DNA of 64,000 bases, taken from Escherichia coli (GTDB lineage: Bacteria > Pseudomonadota > Gammaproteobacteria > Enterobacterales > Enterobacteriaceae). The notes under the pieces are model-generated. The model worked only from the letters and a program-made list of their open reading frames with translations. It was not told the DNA's origin and ran no database searches. Each line of letters opens with the position of its first letter. Within the stretch, counting starts at the first letter, position 1. Shown here one piece after another: positions 9,286 through 25,761 of this stretch. Where the stretch lies: the NCBI RefSeq assembly GCF_048403405.1, contig NZ_CP183129.1; one strand, given 5' to 3'. The translations under genes and the position numbers were made by a program.

Positions 9286-12072
9286 TTAGTGCGCCTGATC
9301 CCAGTTTTCGCCACTCCCCACTTCCACCAGCAACGGCACATCCAGACGGGTACAGTTTTCCATCAGTTGATGAATCTGCTTCGCGACGGCATCGACATCA
9401 TCTTTATGAACTTCAAATACCAGTTCATCGTGTACCTGCATGATCATACGTACACGCGGTTGCTCAGCCTGTAGCCACGCATCAACGGCAATCATCGCCC
9501 GTTTGATAATGTCGGCGGCGGTTCCCTGCATTGGCGCGTTAATGGCTGCACGTTCAGCCGCTGCACGACGAGCACCATTGCTGGATTTGATATCCGGCAG
9601 ATACAGACGGCGTCCGTCCAGCGTTTCAACGTAGCCCTGCTCTTTCGCCTGAGCACGGGTGCGTTCCATATACTCCAGCACGCCAGGGTAGCGTTCGAAG
9701 TAAAGGTCCATGTACTTCTGCGCTTCTTTACGTGGAATGTTCAATTGCCGCGCCAGACCGAAAGCACTCATGCCATAAATCAGACCAAAGTTGATCGCTT
9801 TCGCGCTACGGCGTTGCTCGCTGGTGACGGTTTCCAGTGGCAAACCAAACACTTCTGCCGCCGTTGCCCGGTGGATATCTTTTCCTTCCGCGAATGCGGT
9901 CAGCAAGCCTTTGTCACGCGAGAGATGCGCCATAATGCGCAGTTCAATCTGCGAGTAGTCCGCTGAGACAATCACATAATCCTCTGGCGCAATAAACGCC
10001 TGGCGGATACGACGACCTTCTTCGTTACGCACCGGAATGTTTTGCAGGTTAGGATCGGTTGACGATAAACGTCCCGTTGCAGTTACTGCCTGGTGATAAG
10101 AGGTATGCACACGCCCGGTTTTCGGGTTGATCATCAGCGGCAGCTTGTCGGTGTAAGTCGACTTCAGCTTCGCCAGACCACGATACTCCAGAATCACTTT
10201 TGGCAACGGATAGTCCAGCGCCAGTTCTTCCAGTACCTCTTCCGACGTTGACGGCGCGCCACCCGGCGTTTTCTTCAGCGGTTTAATGCCCTGTTTTTCA
10301 AACAGAATGGTTTGTAACTGCTTGGTGGAAGAAAGGTTAAATTCCTCACCTGCAATTTCATGCGCTTTCTTTTCCAGCTCAGCCAGACGAAGGGTGAGCT
10401 CTTCAGAATGATTGTGCAGCACTTTCGGATCGATCTTCACACCGTTACGTTCAATGCGTGAAAGCACCGGCACCAGCGGCATTTCGATATTCTCGAAGAC
10501 GTTCAACGGCCCTTTGTGTTTTTGCAGATCCGGCCACATTTTCAGATGCAACTGCAAGGTGACATCTGCATCTTCGGCGGCGTAACGTCCGGCCTCTTCG
10601 AGGGCAATCTGGTTAAAGGTCAGTTGATTTTTGCCTTTACCAGCAATCTCTTCAAAAGTGATGGTTTTGTGCTTCAACCAACGTTCCGCGAGGCTGTCCA
10701 TATCGTGACGCCCGGCAACGCTATTGAGAATGTAGGACTCCAGCATGGTATCAAACGCAATCCCACGCAGCTCAATGCCGTAGTTCGCCAGAATACCGCG
10801 ATCGTATTTCAGGTTTTGCCCGACCTTCAGCGCCTTTTCATCTTCCAGCAGCGGTTTTAGCAACTCGAGTGCTCGCTCGCGAGAGATTTGATCGGGCGCA
10901 TCAAGATAATCATGAGCAACCGGAATATATGCCGCTACGCCTGGCTCGATAGCAAAAGAAAGCCCGACCAGGTTGGCAGAGATGTTATCGAGGCTGTCGG
11001 TTTCGGTATCAAATGCAAATACCGGCGCTTTTTCCAGCTTCGCAATCCACGCTTTCAGTGTTTCTTCATCAAGGATGGTGACGTAGTTGTCATAAGAAAT
11101 CACCGTTGCCGTCACTTCTGGTGCTTCGTCTGTAACACTGGTTTCCTGCGGCCTGGCTGCGGGTTTCGCCCCTTTAGCCTGTAACCATTTGCCCGCTTCG
11201 ACATCAGCAGTCCAGCGTTTGAACTCATACTTTTTGAACAGCCCCAACAACTCTTCCGCCGCCGGTTGCTGCACTTCCAGTTGTTCACAGGTCAGCTCCA
11301 GTTCAACGTCGGTTTTAATCGTCGCCAGCTGGTATGAGAGATAAGCAACCTCTTTGTTTTGCTCGAGCTTCGCTGCCATTGTTTTCGCGCCACGGAAGCT
11401 CAACCCAGCAATTTTTTCTGGTTCGGCATACAGCGTATCCAGTCCGCCAAGACCTTGCAGCAATGCCTGCGCGGTTTTTTCACCGACGCCCGGTACGCCA
11501 GGGATGTTATCAGAGGAGTCACCCATCAGCGCCAGGAAGTCGATGATCAGTTCTGGCGGCACGCCGTACTTATTCACCACCTCTTCCGGGCCGAGGATGG
11601 TATTCGTCATGGTATTGATAAGCGTAATATTTGGCGTCACCAGCTGCGCCATATCTTTATCGCCAGTGCTGATCAGCACCGGACGCCCGGCTTTTTCGGC
11701 TTCCCGCGCCAGAGTACCGATAACGTCGTCCGCTTCTACGCCAGAAACCGCCAGCAGCGGCAGTCCCATCGCTTTAACCATCGCGTGCAAGGGTTCGATT
11801 TGTGCACGCAGATCGTCCGGCATTGGCGGGCGATGTGATTTGTAATGTTCAAACAGTTCATCACGAAAGGTTTTTCCCTTGGCGTCAAAGACCACCGCTG
11901 CATGCGTCGGTTTATATTGCATGATCAGACTGCGCAGCATGTTGAGGACACCATACATCGCACCGGTCGGCTCGCCTGCGCTGTTAGTCAGCGGGGGAAA
12001 CGCGTGATATGCGCGATAAAGATAAGATGAACCATCTACAAGGATAAGTGGATTTTGGGGGATCTGAACCAT
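9286..12072 (-). CDS. polA: DNA polymerase I
   Basis: 928-aa [45 protein letters not shown]...; 5'-3' exonuclease, 3'-5' exonuclease and polymerase domains. Confidence 0.97.
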   Translation of the reverse strand: MVQIPQNPLILVDGSSYLYRAYHAFPPLTNSAGEPTGAMYGVLNMLRSLIMQYKPTHAAVVFDAKGKTFRDELFEHYKSHRPPMPDDLRAQIEPLHAMVKAMGLPLLAVSGVEADDVIGTLAREAEKAGRPVLISTGDKDMAQLVTPNITLINTMTNTILGPEEVVNKYGVPPELIIDFLALMGDSSDNIPGVPGVGEKTAQALLQGLGGLDTLYAEPEKIAGLSFRGAKTMAAKLEQNKEVAYLSYQLATIKTDVELELTCEQLEVQQPAAEELLGLFKKYEFKRWTADVEAGKWLQAKGAKPAARPQETSVTDEAPEVTATVISYDNYVTILDEETLKAWIAKLEKAPVFAFDTETDSLDNISANLVGLSFAIEPGVAAYIPVAHDYLDAPDQISRERALELLKPLLEDEKALKVGQNLKYDRGILANYGIELRGIAFDTMLESYILNSVAGRHDMDSLAERWLKHKTITFEEIAGKGKNQLTFNQIALEEAGRYAAEDADVTLQLHLKMWPDLQKHKGPLNVFENIEMPLVPVLSRIERNGVKIDPKVLHNHSEELTLRLAELEKKAHEIAGEEFNLSSTKQLQTILFEKQGIKPLKKTPGGAPSTSEEVLEELALDYPLPKVILEYRGLAKLKSTYTDKLPLMINPKTGRVHTSYHQAVTATGRLSSTDPNLQNIPVRNEEGRRIRQAFIAPEDYVIVSADYSQIELRIMAHLSRDKGLLTAFAEGKDIHRATAAEVFGLPLETVTSEQRRSAKAINFGLIYGMSAFGLARQLNIPRKEAQKYMDLYFERYPGVLEYMERTRAQAKEQGYVETLDGRRLYLPDIKSSNGARRAAAERAAINAPMQGTAADIIKRAMIAVDAWLQAEQPRVRMIMQVHDELVFEVHKDDVDAVAKQIHQLMENCTRLDVPLLVEVGSGENWDQAH

Positions 12073-12435
12073 AATGTCCGTGCCTGTTTATCAGATTATG
12101 GGTAAAGGATGCCACAGACAGGATGAAAACATGAGTTTTTCACCGCTTTTCGTGAAAATCTTTTGTAGATCTTCTGGATCGCTCGCAAATCGTCATGTGG
12201 ATAACTTTGTGCATAAATTATTTACATCGCTTTTAATTTATTATCATGCTTTTTACAGCATGATGTTTGTCTTTGTTTTTCATGAAGTTAAAAATAAGAC
12301 CATCCCTAATAATTGAGATAATGGGATTTTTTCTAATGTGGATAGATATGAATTATTTTTCTCCTTAAGGATCATCCGTTATTTGGGTCGTTTTCTGCTA
12401 AAATCTGCGCCTTGCGCTTCTTTAGCGCACTGTCT

Positions 12436-13368
12436 ATGGCTAACTTTTTGAATAAATTCATTATGACGAGAATACTCGCTGCGATAACCCTTTTGCTGAG
12501 TATCGTATTGACCATTTTGGTCACTATTTTTTGCTCCGTCCCGATCATCATTGCCGGGATTGTAAAACTATTGCTTCCTGTGTCAGTCATTTGGCGAAAG
12601 GTTTCGCGTTTTTGTGATTTTATGATGTATTGCTGGTGTGAAGGTCTGGCGGTATTACTGCATTTGAACCCACACCTGCAATGGGAAGTTCACGGGCTGG
12701 AAGGGTTAAGTAAGAAAAACTGGTATCTGCTTATTTGTAACCACCGTAGTTGGGCAGATATTGTCGTACTGTGCGTGCTGTTTCGTAAGCACATTCCGAT
12801 GAATAAATATTTCCTCAAGCAGCAGCTGGCCTGGGTGCCTTTTCTTGGCCTGGCATGCTGGGCGCTGGATATGCCGTTTATGAAGCGTTATTCCCGCGCT
12901 TATTTATTACGTCATCCGGAGAGACGTGGTAAAGATGTTGAAACTACTCGGCGTTCTTGTGAAAAGTTTCGCCTGCATCCCACCACCATTGTTAATTTCG
13001 TTGAAGGCTCCCGTTTCACGCAAGAAAAACATCAGCAAACGCACTCCACTTTTCAAAACTTGTTGCCACCAAAGGCGGCAGGCATTGCGATGGCGCTAAA
13101 TGTACTGGGTAAACAATTCGATAAACTGCTTAATGTTACGCTGTGTTATCCGGACAATAACCGTCAGCCGTTCTTCGATATGTTAAGCGGTAAACTGACG
13201 CGAATTGTCGTACATGTGGATTTACAGCCTATTGCCGATGAGTTACATGGCGACTACATCAATGACAAAAGCTTTAAGCGCCATTTTCAGCAATGGCTGA
13301 ACTCACTGTGGCAGGAAAAAGACCGACTTCTGACGTCGTTGATGTCATCACAGCGTCAGAATAAGTAA
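12436..13368 (+). CDS. yihG: putative acyltransferase (PlsC-like, membrane)
   Basis: Starts [21 protein letters not shown]; HxxxxD-like acyltransferase motif (NHRSWAD); divergent from polA; the ORF-track start at 12412 is 8 codons upstream. Confidence 0.85.
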   Translation: MANFLNKFIMTRILAAITLLLSIVLTILVTIFCSVPIIIAGIVKLLLPVSVIWRKVSRFCDFMMYCWCEGLAVLLHLNPHLQWEVHGLEGLSKKNWYLLICNHRSWADIVVLCVLFRKHIPMNKYFLKQQLAWVPFLGLACWALDMPFMKRYSRAYLLRHPERRGKDVETTRRSCEKFRLHPTTIVNFVEGSRFTQEKHQQTHSTFQNLLPPKAAGIAMALNVLGKQFDKLLNVTLCYPDNNRQPFFDMLSGKLTRIVVHVDLQPIADELHGDYINDKSFKRHFQQWLNSLWQEKDRLLTSLMSSQRQNK

Positions 13369-13408
13369 GTTTTACTCGCCTCTGAATGAGCAGAGGCGAG
13401 TGAGTATT

Positions 13409-14839
13409 TTAATGAACAAAACGTCCGGCACGAGACATAAATTCTTCTTCGCTCATTTCCTGTCCGTTAAAAACAACTTTACCCGGTGTATAACGCAGTT
13501 GCAGCGAGGCGGTATTGTTGTCAATCGTGATTAACTGAAACATCTGACCTAATGTCATCATCCCGCTGATTTGTTTATCAGCCCGCTTTTGCGCTTTTTC
13601 AGCATCCATTCCTTCAGATAAATTAAGCTGTTTTGCGGTTTCTGTGACGACATTAAGCGGTAACTTCACATCAAAATTGAGCGATTTAATATCTTTGTTT
13701 GTGGATGATGAGGATTTGGCTGGGTCGGCAATACTGATATCCAGATTGGCATTTAGTTCGCCGAGTGCATTCTTCCATCTTACCGGTTGTTTAATGGTCG
13801 GCTCACTTTTTTGTAATAACGGTAAATACTCTTTGAACAATGCAGCATTCACTTCTTGCAGAGCAACTTCATCGTTTGCTAACTCAGGGTGTGCAGCAAG
13901 CTGCTTCTGCATCGCAATGTTATACTGGATGACAAATTGGCGCACCGCTGAGGGATCAATAGATTCAGCAATCAATGACCACTCACCACTACCGAGTTGC
14001 TGATTCCTTTTTGTTAACTTATCAAGTTCGTAGGTCAGATTGACATTGATATAATCTTTGTCTTTAACGCGATCCAACCTGGTTTTTGCAACGAAAGCAT
14101 CGATTTGGGCAACGTCTTCCCCGTGATTGATAATGTTAATCTGATTAAATTTCGACTCGCTTTCACCAACCGGAAATTTCTTTTCTTCTAATCGCGCCAG
14201 AGAATCAATGGTAAAACTTTTCGCCGTTACTTTGTTCATCGGTGATAATTGCAGAACAATATCTTCGACTTTGCCTTCAATATCCAGGTTAGACAATGAA
14301 CTACCATCACCATTAAAAGTAAACTGGCCCTCACCAAAAGAAAACTTTCCATACTCTGCAGGGGCAACATCTAATGTCGTAGAGAATGAGCCACCAAACG
14401 CGAATCGCAATGTCGCTTCCACGGGCGATTTATTTTTCGCGGCGATAAATAGCGGTTGTGTCAGTTCATTATTCACTAAGTTCACTTTTGCCGCTGCCAG
14501 TGCTGGGATGACATTACCATGCATTAACATTGTGATGGGCAACGGACCGTGCTCAACATCCACATCAAATACAACTTTCTGGCCTGGCTTGATATTGAGA
14601 TCGGGTGCACCGTTATCGAATGTCATTTGCATTTGAAAACGGGAATTAAAAAAGCCTTTGTCAAAATTTTGATAACTTAACGTCATATCGTAGGCATGTT
14701 CACCTTTCTTTTTAGCATCGTTAAAATCTTTAATAAATTTTTCGACACCAGGCTGAATTTGCGTACCTGTGTACCATGTGCCACCACCCCAGATTACGGC
14801 TAACGCAACAATAACACCTGTAGCTGACTTACGTATCAT
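13409..14839 (-). CDS. yihF: DUF945-family protein YihF
   Basis: 476-aa product from MIRKSATGVIVALAVIWGGGTWYTG (N-terminal signal/TM); the ORF-track start at 14881 is upstream. Confidence 0.85.
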   Translation of the reverse strand: MIRKSATGVIVALAVIWGGGTWYTGTQIQPGVEKFIKDFNDAKKKGEHAYDMTLSYQNFDKGFFNSRFQMQMTFDNGAPDLNIKPGQKVVFDVDVEHGPLPITMLMHGNVIPALAAAKVNLVNNELTQPLFIAAKNKSPVEATLRFAFGGSFSTTLDVAPAEYGKFSFGEGQFTFNGDGSSLSNLDIEGKVEDIVLQLSPMNKVTAKSFTIDSLARLEEKKFPVGESESKFNQINIINHGEDVAQIDAFVAKTRLDRVKDKDYINVNLTYELDKLTKRNQQLGSGEWSLIAESIDPSAVRQFVIQYNIAMQKQLAAHPELANDEVALQEVNAALFKEYLPLLQKSEPTIKQPVRWKNALGELNANLDISIADPAKSSSSTNKDIKSLNFDVKLPLNVVTETAKQLNLSEGMDAEKAQKRADKQISGMMTLGQMFQLITIDNNTASLQLRYTPGKVVFNGQEMSEEEFMSRAGRFVH

Positions 14840-14950
14840 ATAAATATTCCCTGATAAAACAGCAAAACTTTGAATATCCACTTATGCTGAAATAATGTCC
14901 AGCGGCAGGACGCATTATCAGAATGTATTTATATTTATTAAATAATAAAA

Positions 14951-14970
14951 AAGCCCGTGAATATTCACGG
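14951..14970 (-). terminator. rho-independent terminator downstream of dsbA
   Basis: GCCCGTGA-atat-TCACGGGC hairpin followed on the minus strand by TTTTTTATT. Confidence 0.6.
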
Positions 14971-14992
14971 GCCTTATGTAATTCACAATGAA

Positions 14993-15619
14993 TTATTTTT
15001 TCTCGGACAGATATTTCACAGTATCAGCATACTGCTGAACAAAAACATCCATATTGCTGGTATCCATACCCTGCGGATTCAGCTGATATTTACCGTTAAC
15101 AAACATCGCCGGAACACCACGCAATTGCACGTCAGCTGCGGCTTTTTCCTGCTGAGCGACCAGAGATTTCACCACGAAGCTGTTCCACGCCGCGTCGTAC
15201 TCTTCACCTTTAATACCTGCGTTGATAAATACATCGCGGATATCAGATGCTGAACGAATGGTCTGGGTTTTCTGTACGCCTTCAAACAGCGGAACAGTGA
15301 CTTTGTCTTCCACGCCCAGTGCCATCGCCACTGCCCATGCCTGAGTCAAATCTTTGCCCAGGTCACCACCCATGAAGTTGACGTGATATTTAGTCATCTT
15401 CACGCCTTCTGGCAGTTTTTTCTTCACGTTATCAGAAATATGCAGAACTTCTTCAAACTGATAGCAGTGCGGGCAGAAGAAAGAGAAAAACTCCAGCACT
15501 TGCGGCGCGCCAGCTACCGGTTTTTCCAGGGTAGTATACTGTTTACCATCTTCATACTGCGCCGCCGATGCGCTAAACGCTAAAACTAAACCAGCCAGCG
15601 CCAGCCAAATCTTTTTCAT
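14993..15619 (-). CDS. dsbA: periplasmic thiol:disulfide oxidoreductase DsbA
   Basis: 208 aa, signal peptide [19 protein letters not shown], active site CPHC. Confidence 0.96.
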
Positions 15620-15635
15620 GATCTACTCTCTCCGA

Positions 15636-16622
15636 TTAATACATAGGTGTTAATTGCAAAGGGGGTTCTTGTAGAACTTTTGCCTGTTCTATAAAAGTCG
15701 CCGTCTGTCGCAGCCAGTAATCTTCCCCGGTTAACCACGGGAAATTTTTCGGGAACGCGGGATCAGCCCAACGCCGCATTAGCCAGGCAAGATAATAAAC
15801 CAAACGCATGGCGCGTAAAGGTTCAATCAGTCCGATTTCAGCGGTGTCGAACTCGCTAAATTCTTCATAAGCTTCAATAATAGTTTCCAGTTGCATCCGC
15901 TGCTCGGCTTTATCGCCATTGAGCAACATCCACAAATCCTGAACGGCTGGACCATTACGTGCATCATCCAGATCAACAAACATTGGACCATCGCGCCAGA
16001 GAATATTCCCAGCGTGGCAGTCTCCATGTAGCCGCAGAACGGTGAAATCTTCCCGCCAGTGTGCTGTAACGGCGGCGATCAGCTCATCTGTCGCTTTCAG
16101 AAATGCCGCTTTCAACCCGGAAGGTATCAGTGTAGCGTCCTCAAACAGCTTGCGAGGCTCAATGAGATATTCATTCAGACCGATGGTCGGGCGATGGATA
16201 AAAAGCTGTTTGCGCCCCGTCTGGTGCATACGCCCTAAATAACGCCCAACCGCTTCCATCTGATCGATATTATCAGCTTCGAACTGGCGACCACCGACGC
16301 TTGGAAAAACAGCGAAATAAAATCCCTGATGATTCAATAAAGTCTGACCGTTAAAGGCCACAGGTGCTGCGACCGGAACTTCATCATTTACCAACTGCAA
16401 CGCAAATTGATGTTCTTCGAGGATTTGATCGGGTGTCCAACGTTCAGGACGATAAAATTTGACGACAAAACGTCGACGATCTTCGTCCTGAAATTGATAG
16501 ACACGGTTTTCATAGCTGTTAAGCGGGGTAAGACCGGAATCCACCCGGATCCCTTGCTCAAATAGAGCATCCATGATGGTATCCGGATGTAGTGTCTGGA
16601 AAGTAAAAGCGCTGTTGTTCAT
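15636..16622 (-). CDS. srkA: stress response Ser/Thr kinase SrkA (YihE)
   Basis: 328-aa ORF MNNSAFTFQTLHPDTIMDALFEQGIRVDSG...; kinase-like HGDCHAGN motif; directly upstream of dsbA. Confidence 0.92.
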   Translation of the reverse strand: MNNSAFTFQTLHPDTIMDALFEQGIRVDSGLTPLNSYENRVYQFQDEDRRRFVVKFYRPERWTPDQILEEHQFALQLVNDEVPVAAPVAFNGQTLLNHQGFYFAVFPSVGGRQFEADNIDQMEAVGRYLGRMHQTGRKQLFIHRPTIGLNEYLIEPRKLFEDATLIPSGLKAAFLKATDELIAAVTAHWREDFTVLRLHGDCHAGNILWRDGPMFVDLDDARNGPAVQDLWMLLNGDKAEQRMQLETIIEAYEEFSEFDTAEIGLIEPLRAMRLVYYLAWLMRRWADPAFPKNFPWLTGEDYWLRQTATFIEQAKVLQEPPLQLTPMY

Positions 16623-16698
16623 CCCATCATCCGGAAAACATTACGAATGATGAAGGATATCATTTCACGATGATTTTGGTGGCGCCGCTTACAAGCTT

Positions 16699-16968
16699 TT
16701 ACTCTTTAATTACGCCGCGAGCGCGTAACAGCGCCGTTTTGAAGTCTTCTTCATAATCTTTCTGCAAACCCGGGATCACCGCATCTTTCGCGGAATCACG
16801 CATTTTCAGGTGATAGATCAGAATGTCATCCGTCAAATCCGCCAGTTCGCCGTCAAAACCTGACTCTTTCGCCAGTTTCTGCAAAAATTGCAGCAGGTTA
16901 AGGTCTGGCTCTTTTTGCCAGGCTGGCTGGAGGAGTTCAATAACTTCATTCAGACGTTTACATTTCAT
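16699..16968 (-). CDS. yihD: DUF1040 protein YihD
   Basis: 89 aa [38 protein letters not shown]...; the ORF-track start at 16998 is upstream. Confidence 0.88.
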
Positions 16969-17037
16969 AGTAATGCTCCTTACTCTTGAGACAGACACGT
17001 TAGCAGGGTCAATCCCACAATAAAAGAGGCGATATCG

Positions 17038-17622
17038 GTGAATCTGATGACGACGATAACAGGCGTTGTGCTGGCGGGCGGTAAAGCCAGACGAATGGGC
17101 GGCGTAGATAAAGGATTGCTGGAATTAAATGGCAAACCGCTGTGGCAACATGTCGCTGACGCGCTTATGACGCAGCTCTCTCACGTCGTGGTTAATGCTA
17201 ATCGTCATCAGGAAATCTATCAGGCAAGCGGTCTGAAAGTGATTGAAGATTCACTGGCGGATTACCCAGGCCCTCTGGCAGGAATGCTTTCAGTAATGCA
17301 GCAGGAAGCTGGTGAGTGGTTTTTGTTTTGTCCGTGCGATACGCCTTACATTCCCCCAGATTTAGCCGCCCGGCTTAATCATCAGCGCAAAGATGCGCCT
17401 GTCGTGTGGGTCCATGACGGTGAACGCGATCACCCGACTATTGCTCTGGTAAACCGCGCTATTGAGCCTTTATTACTGGAATATCTGCAAGCAGGAGAAC
17501 GCCGGGTAATGGCATTTATGCGTCTGGCTGGCGGTCATGCGGTTGATTTCAGCGATCATAAAGATGCATTTGTTAACGTGAATACGCCAGAGGAGCTTGC
17601 CCGATGGCAGGAAAAACGATGA
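17038..17622 (+). CDS. mobA: molybdenum cofactor guanylyltransferase
   Basis: 194 aa [36 protein letters not shown]; LAGGxxxRMG motif. Confidence 0.93.
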
Positions 17623-18131
17623 TACCGTTACTCGCCTTTGCCGCGTGGAGTGGTACCGGAAAAACTACGCTTTTGAAAAAACTGATCCCGGCATTATGCG
17701 CCAGAGGGATCCGTCCAGGGCTGATTAAGCATACGCACCATGATATGGATGTTGATAAGCCAGGCAAAGATAGCTATGAGCTGCGCAAGGCTGGCGCGGC
17801 ACAAACCATCGTTGCCAGCCAGCAACGATGGGCCTTGATGACGGAAACACCAGACGAAGAAGAGCTGGATCTACAGTTTCTCGCAAGTCGAATGGATACC
17901 TCAAAGCTGGATTTGATTCTGGTCGAAGGGTTTAAGCATGAAGAGATCGCAAAGATTGTGCTGTTTCGCGATAGAGCCGGACATCGACCTGAAGAATTAG
18001 TGATAGACAGGCATGTTATTGCTGTAGCCAGTGATGTGCCGCTTAATCTTGATGTCGCATTACTGGATATTAATGATGTTGAGGGGCTGGCTGATTTTGT
18101 GGTGGAGTGGATGCAAAAGCAGAACGGATAA
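17604..18131 (+). CDS. mobB: molybdopterin-guanine dinucleotide biosynthesis adapter protein MobB
   Basis: 175 aa with Walker A GTGKTT; overlaps the mobA 3' end by 19 nt. Confidence 0.9.
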   Translation: MAGKTMIPLLAFAAWSGTGKTTLLKKLIPALCARGIRPGLIKHTHHDMDVDKPGKDSYELRKAGAAQTIVASQQRWALMTETPDEEELDLQFLASRMDTSKLDLILVEGFKHEEIAKIVLFRDRAGHRPEELVIDRHVIAVASDVPLNLDVALLDINDVEGLADFVVEWMQKQNG

Positions 18132-18142
18132 GCAAGAGTAGG

Positions 18143-18174
18143 CTGGATAAGACGCGCCAGCGTCGCATCCGGCA
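18143..18174. repeat. REP element followed by a T8 run (likely mobB terminator)
   Basis: CTGGATAAGACGCGCCAGCGTCGCATCCGGCA then TTTTTTTT. Confidence 0.55.
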
Positions 18175-18189
18175 TTTTTTTTGCACCAA

Positions 18190-18220
18190 CGCAAAAAGGC
18201 CATCCTGACGGATGGCCTTT
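18190..18220 (-). terminator. rRNA operon terminator downstream of 5S rRNA
   Basis: GGCCATCC-gtca-GGATGGCC hairpin followed on the minus strand by TTTTTGCGTT. Confidence 0.6.
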
Positions 18221-18231
18221 CGCTTAATTTG

Positions 18232-18351
18232 ATGCCTGGCAGTTCCCTACTCTCGCATGGGGAGACCCCACACTACCATCGGCGCTACGGCGTTTCACTT
18301 CTGAGTTCGGCATGGGGTCAGGTGGGACCACCGCGCTAAGGCCGCCAGGCA
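18232..18351 (-). rRNA. rrfA: 5S ribosomal RNA
   Basis: 120 nt; minus strand reads TGCCTGGCGGCC...GGGAACTGCCAGGCAT, matching E. coli 5S; rrnA assigned from flanking hemG and mobB and the Ile/Ala spacer tRNAs. Confidence 0.95.
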
Positions 18352-18445
18352 AATTCTGTTTTATTAACCCGCTTGTCGCCGGTTAATTTAATCTGTATCA
18401 GGCTGAAAATCTTCTCTCAATCCGCCAAAACAGCTTCGGCGTTGT

Positions 18446-21349
<2,904 letters not shown>

Positions 21350-21533
21350 TCACAACCCGAAGATGTTTCTTTCGATTCATCATCGTGTTGCGAAAATTTG
21401 AGAGACTCACGAACAACTTTCATTGTTCAGTGTTTCAATTTTCAGCTTGATCCAGATTTTTAAAGAGCAAAACTTCGCAGTGAACCTTTGCAGGTACACT
21501 CTGAAGTATTTTTTATTTAATCACTACAGAGAT

Positions 21534-21609
21534 GGTGGAGCTATGCGGGATCGAACCGCAGACCTCCTGCGTGCAAAGCAGGCGCTCTCCCAGCTGAGCT
21601 ATAGCCCCA
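21534..21609 (-). tRNA. alaT: tRNA-Ala (anticodon UGC)
   Basis: Minus strand GGGGCTATAGCTCAGCTGGGAGAGCGCCTGCTTTGCACGCAGGAGGTCTGCGGTTCGATCCCGCATAGCTCCACCA, 76 nt, in the 16S-23S spacer. Confidence 0.96.
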
Positions 21610-21651
21610 TAACATGTAGTTAAAACCTCTTCAAATTTGCGGTGCAAATTT

Positions 21652-21728
<77 letters not shown>

Positions 21729-21795
21729 TAGAGGTTTTACTGCTCATTTTCATCAGACAATCTGTGTGAGCACTGCAAAGCACAGTTCTTTAAGG

Positions 21796-23337
<1,542 letters not shown>

Positions 23338-23518
23338 AAAAGTTTGATGCTCAAAGAATTAAACTTCGTAATGAATTACGTGTTCACTCTTGAGACTTGG
23401 TATTCATTTATCGTCTTGCGACGTTAAGAATCCGTATCTTCGAGTGCCCACACAGATTATCTGATAAATTGTTAAAGAGCAGTGCCGCTTCGCTTTTTCT
23501 CAGCGGCGCGGGGTGTGC

Positions 23519-23730
23519 ATAATACGCTTTCCCGCTACAGAGTCAAGCATTTTTTTTGCTTTTCCCTGTTGAGATTCTCAGGAGAACCCCGCTGACCCGG
23601 CGGCGTGTTTGCCGTTGTTCCGTGTCAGTGGTGGCGCATTATAGGGAGTTATTCCGGCCTGACAAGAGGAAATTTAAAATAATTTTCTGACCGCGCATTT
23701 TTTATTCTTTATGCTTATTTCAGCGTCGGT
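23519..23730 (-). promoter_or_regulatory. rRNA operon tandem promoters P1 and P2 with upstream AT-rich UP/Fis region and leader
   Basis: Minus strand P1 TTGTCA(23665-23660)-N16-TATAAT(23644-23639); P2 TTGACT(23548-23543)-N18-TATTAT(23524-23519); GC-rich discriminator; upstream region overlaps the hemG 3' end. Confidence 0.7.
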
Positions 23731-24260
23731 TTGTCGGTTAAATGGGCGATTTCTCGGGCGAAATTCGCCACCTGCTCCCAATCGGTATAGACAACTTCTT
23801 TGCGCGTATCCGTTTCACCGCCTGACATCTTCATAATTAACTTGATCATAAAACGGTCATACCAGCGATAACGTGGGTAACGCAGCGCCCCGGCAATGAC
23901 CGCGCAGCGATCGGGACGCCATTGTGAACTCATCAGAAACTTCCGCGCGTAGCTGTTGGTCTGTGGAGTACGCTTCTCAGGTTTACGCGCCACCAGGTTT
24001 ACGGAGTAAAAGGCGCTCGGCATCGAATTCAGCCGCGTCGCATGCTTTTTGACAAATTCCTGGAACGCAGAGTGGTAGTGACCATAGCGAATAGAAGCAC
24101 CAATGACCACACGGTCGTAGTTTTCCCACTGTGGTTCTTCAATGCGGTGCACATTGGCGACATCCGCCTGGATCCCCAGTTCTTTCAGTTCCGAAGCCAG
24201 GTAGGAGGCAATCTCGCGCGTTTGTCCGTCCCTTGTTGAGAAAAGAATTAATGTTTTCAC
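23715..24260 (-). CDS. hemG: protoporphyrinogen IX dehydrogenase (menaquinone-dependent), flavodoxin-like
   Basis: 181 aa [29 protein letters not shown]... Confidence 0.95.
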   Translation of the reverse strand: MKTLILFSTRDGQTREIASYLASELKELGIQADVANVHRIEEPQWENYDRVVIGASIRYGHYHSAFQEFVKKHATRLNSMPSAFYSVNLVARKPEKRTPQTNSYARKFLMSSQWRPDRCAVIAGALRYPRYRWYDRFMIKLIMKMSGGETDTRKEVVYTDWEQVANFAREIAHLTDKPTLK

Positions 24261-24271
24261 GTATTACTCCA

Positions 24272-25723
24272 TCATTCACGCCAGAAAGTCGGGGTAAAGA
24301 GCACCAGCAATGTAAAGACCTCAAGACGACCAAACAGCATGTTGGCAATCAGGATCCATTTAGCCACCGGGTTCATACTGGTAAAGTTATCAGCAACCAC
24401 GCCAAGCCCTGGCCCCAGGTTATTCAATGTCGCAACAACTGAGGCAAAGGCAGAAAAGTCATCCACGCCCGTGGCGATAATCGCCAGCATACTGACAATA
24501 AACACCAATGCATAGGCGGAGAAAAATCCCCAAACGGCTTCGAGGATACGTTCCGGCAGTGCGCGATTCCCCAGCTTAATGCTATAGACGGCGTTCGGAT
24601 GCACCAGTCGTTTCAGCTCACGGTTCCCCTGCTTAAACAGCAGCAGGATGCGGATCACTTTCAGGCCACCGCCCGTTGACCCGGCACAACCGCCGATAAA
24701 AGCTGAACATAAGAGCAGTACCGGCAAAAAGAGCGGCCAGCGGGCAATGCTGTCAGTCGTAAACCCGGCGGTTGTCGCCATCGACACCACCTGGAAAAAC
24801 GCCTGGTTAATTGTCATCAGCGCCGAACTATAGACATTATGAAACCACAGCACGAGGGTACAAATAATCACCAGCGTAAACTGTACGCCGATAAACATGC
24901 GAAATTCCGGATCGCGCCAATAAACCTTCAGACTACGCCCACTTAACAGCGAAAAGTGCAGACCGTAGTTACATCCGGAGATCAACAGGAAGATAGCAAT
25001 GATAGTGTTAATTGTCGGGCTGTCGAAATAACCGATACTGGCATCATGTGTCGAGAAGCCGCCAATAGCGATAGTCGCAAAGCTATGGCCGATGGCATCA
25101 AAGGCATCCATTCCGGCAAACCACAACGCCAGCGCACAGGCGACGGTCAGCAAGACATAAATCAACCACAGGGTTTTCGCCGTTTCCGCAATTCGCGGGC
25201 GCATTTTGTTATCTTTCAGCGGGCCGGGCATTTCTGCGCGATAGAGCTGCATCCCACCCACGCCGAGGATAGGCAGTATCGCAACCGCCAACACGATGAT
25301 CCCCATCCCGCCAAACCATTGCAGCATCTGGCGATAAAAGAGGATGGCGTGAGGGAGCGAATCCAGCCCCACCAGCGTAGTGGCCCCCGTGGTGGTCAGG
25401 CCAGAGAAAGATTCAAAAAACGCATCGGTAATCGTGAGGTTCGGGCTTTCCGAGAAGATAAAAGGGAGCGCACCGACGCTACCCAGCACGGTCCAGAACA
25501 GCACCACTATCAGAAACCCCTCACGGGATTTCAGTTCGCCCTTCTCTTTGCGGTTCGGCCACCACAGCATAGAGCCAATGGCGAGGGCGACAAAAAAGGT
25601 CTGGGTAAAAGCGCGGCCCGCTCCATCCCGGTAGATGAGTGCTACCAGCCCAGGGATAATCATGGTCCCTGAAAATAAGATGACCAGTAGTCCAACGATT
25701 CGGGTAATGGCGCGAAAATGCAT
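24272..25723 (-). CDS. trkH: Trk system potassium uptake protein
   Basis: 483 aa polytopic membrane protein MHFRAITRIVGLLVILFSG... Confidence 0.95.
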   Translation of the reverse strand: MHFRAITRIVGLLVILFSGTMIIPGLVALIYRDGAGRAFTQTFFVALAIGSMLWWPNRKEKGELKSREGFLIVVLFWTVLGSVGALPFIFSESPNLTITDAFFESFSGLTTTGATTLVGLDSLPHAILFYRQMLQWFGGMGIIVLAVAILPILGVGGMQLYRAEMPGPLKDNKMRPRIAETAKTLWLIYVLLTVACALALWFAGMDAFDAIGHSFATIAIGGFSTHDASIGYFDSPTINTIIAIFLLISGCNYGLHFSLLSGRSLKVYWRDPEFRMFIGVQFTLVIICTLVLWFHNVYSSALMTINQAFFQVVSMATTAGFTTDSIARWPLFLPVLLLCSAFIGGCAGSTGGGLKVIRILLLFKQGNRELKRLVHPNAVYSIKLGNRALPERILEAVWGFFSAYALVFIVSMLAIIATGVDDFSAFASVVATLNNLGPGLGVVADNFTSMNPVAKWILIANMLFGRLEVFTLLVLFTPTFWRE

Positions 25724-25761
25724 CTCTGCCGCTTCCTTAGTTCTGCAAAACGAAGTGGGGA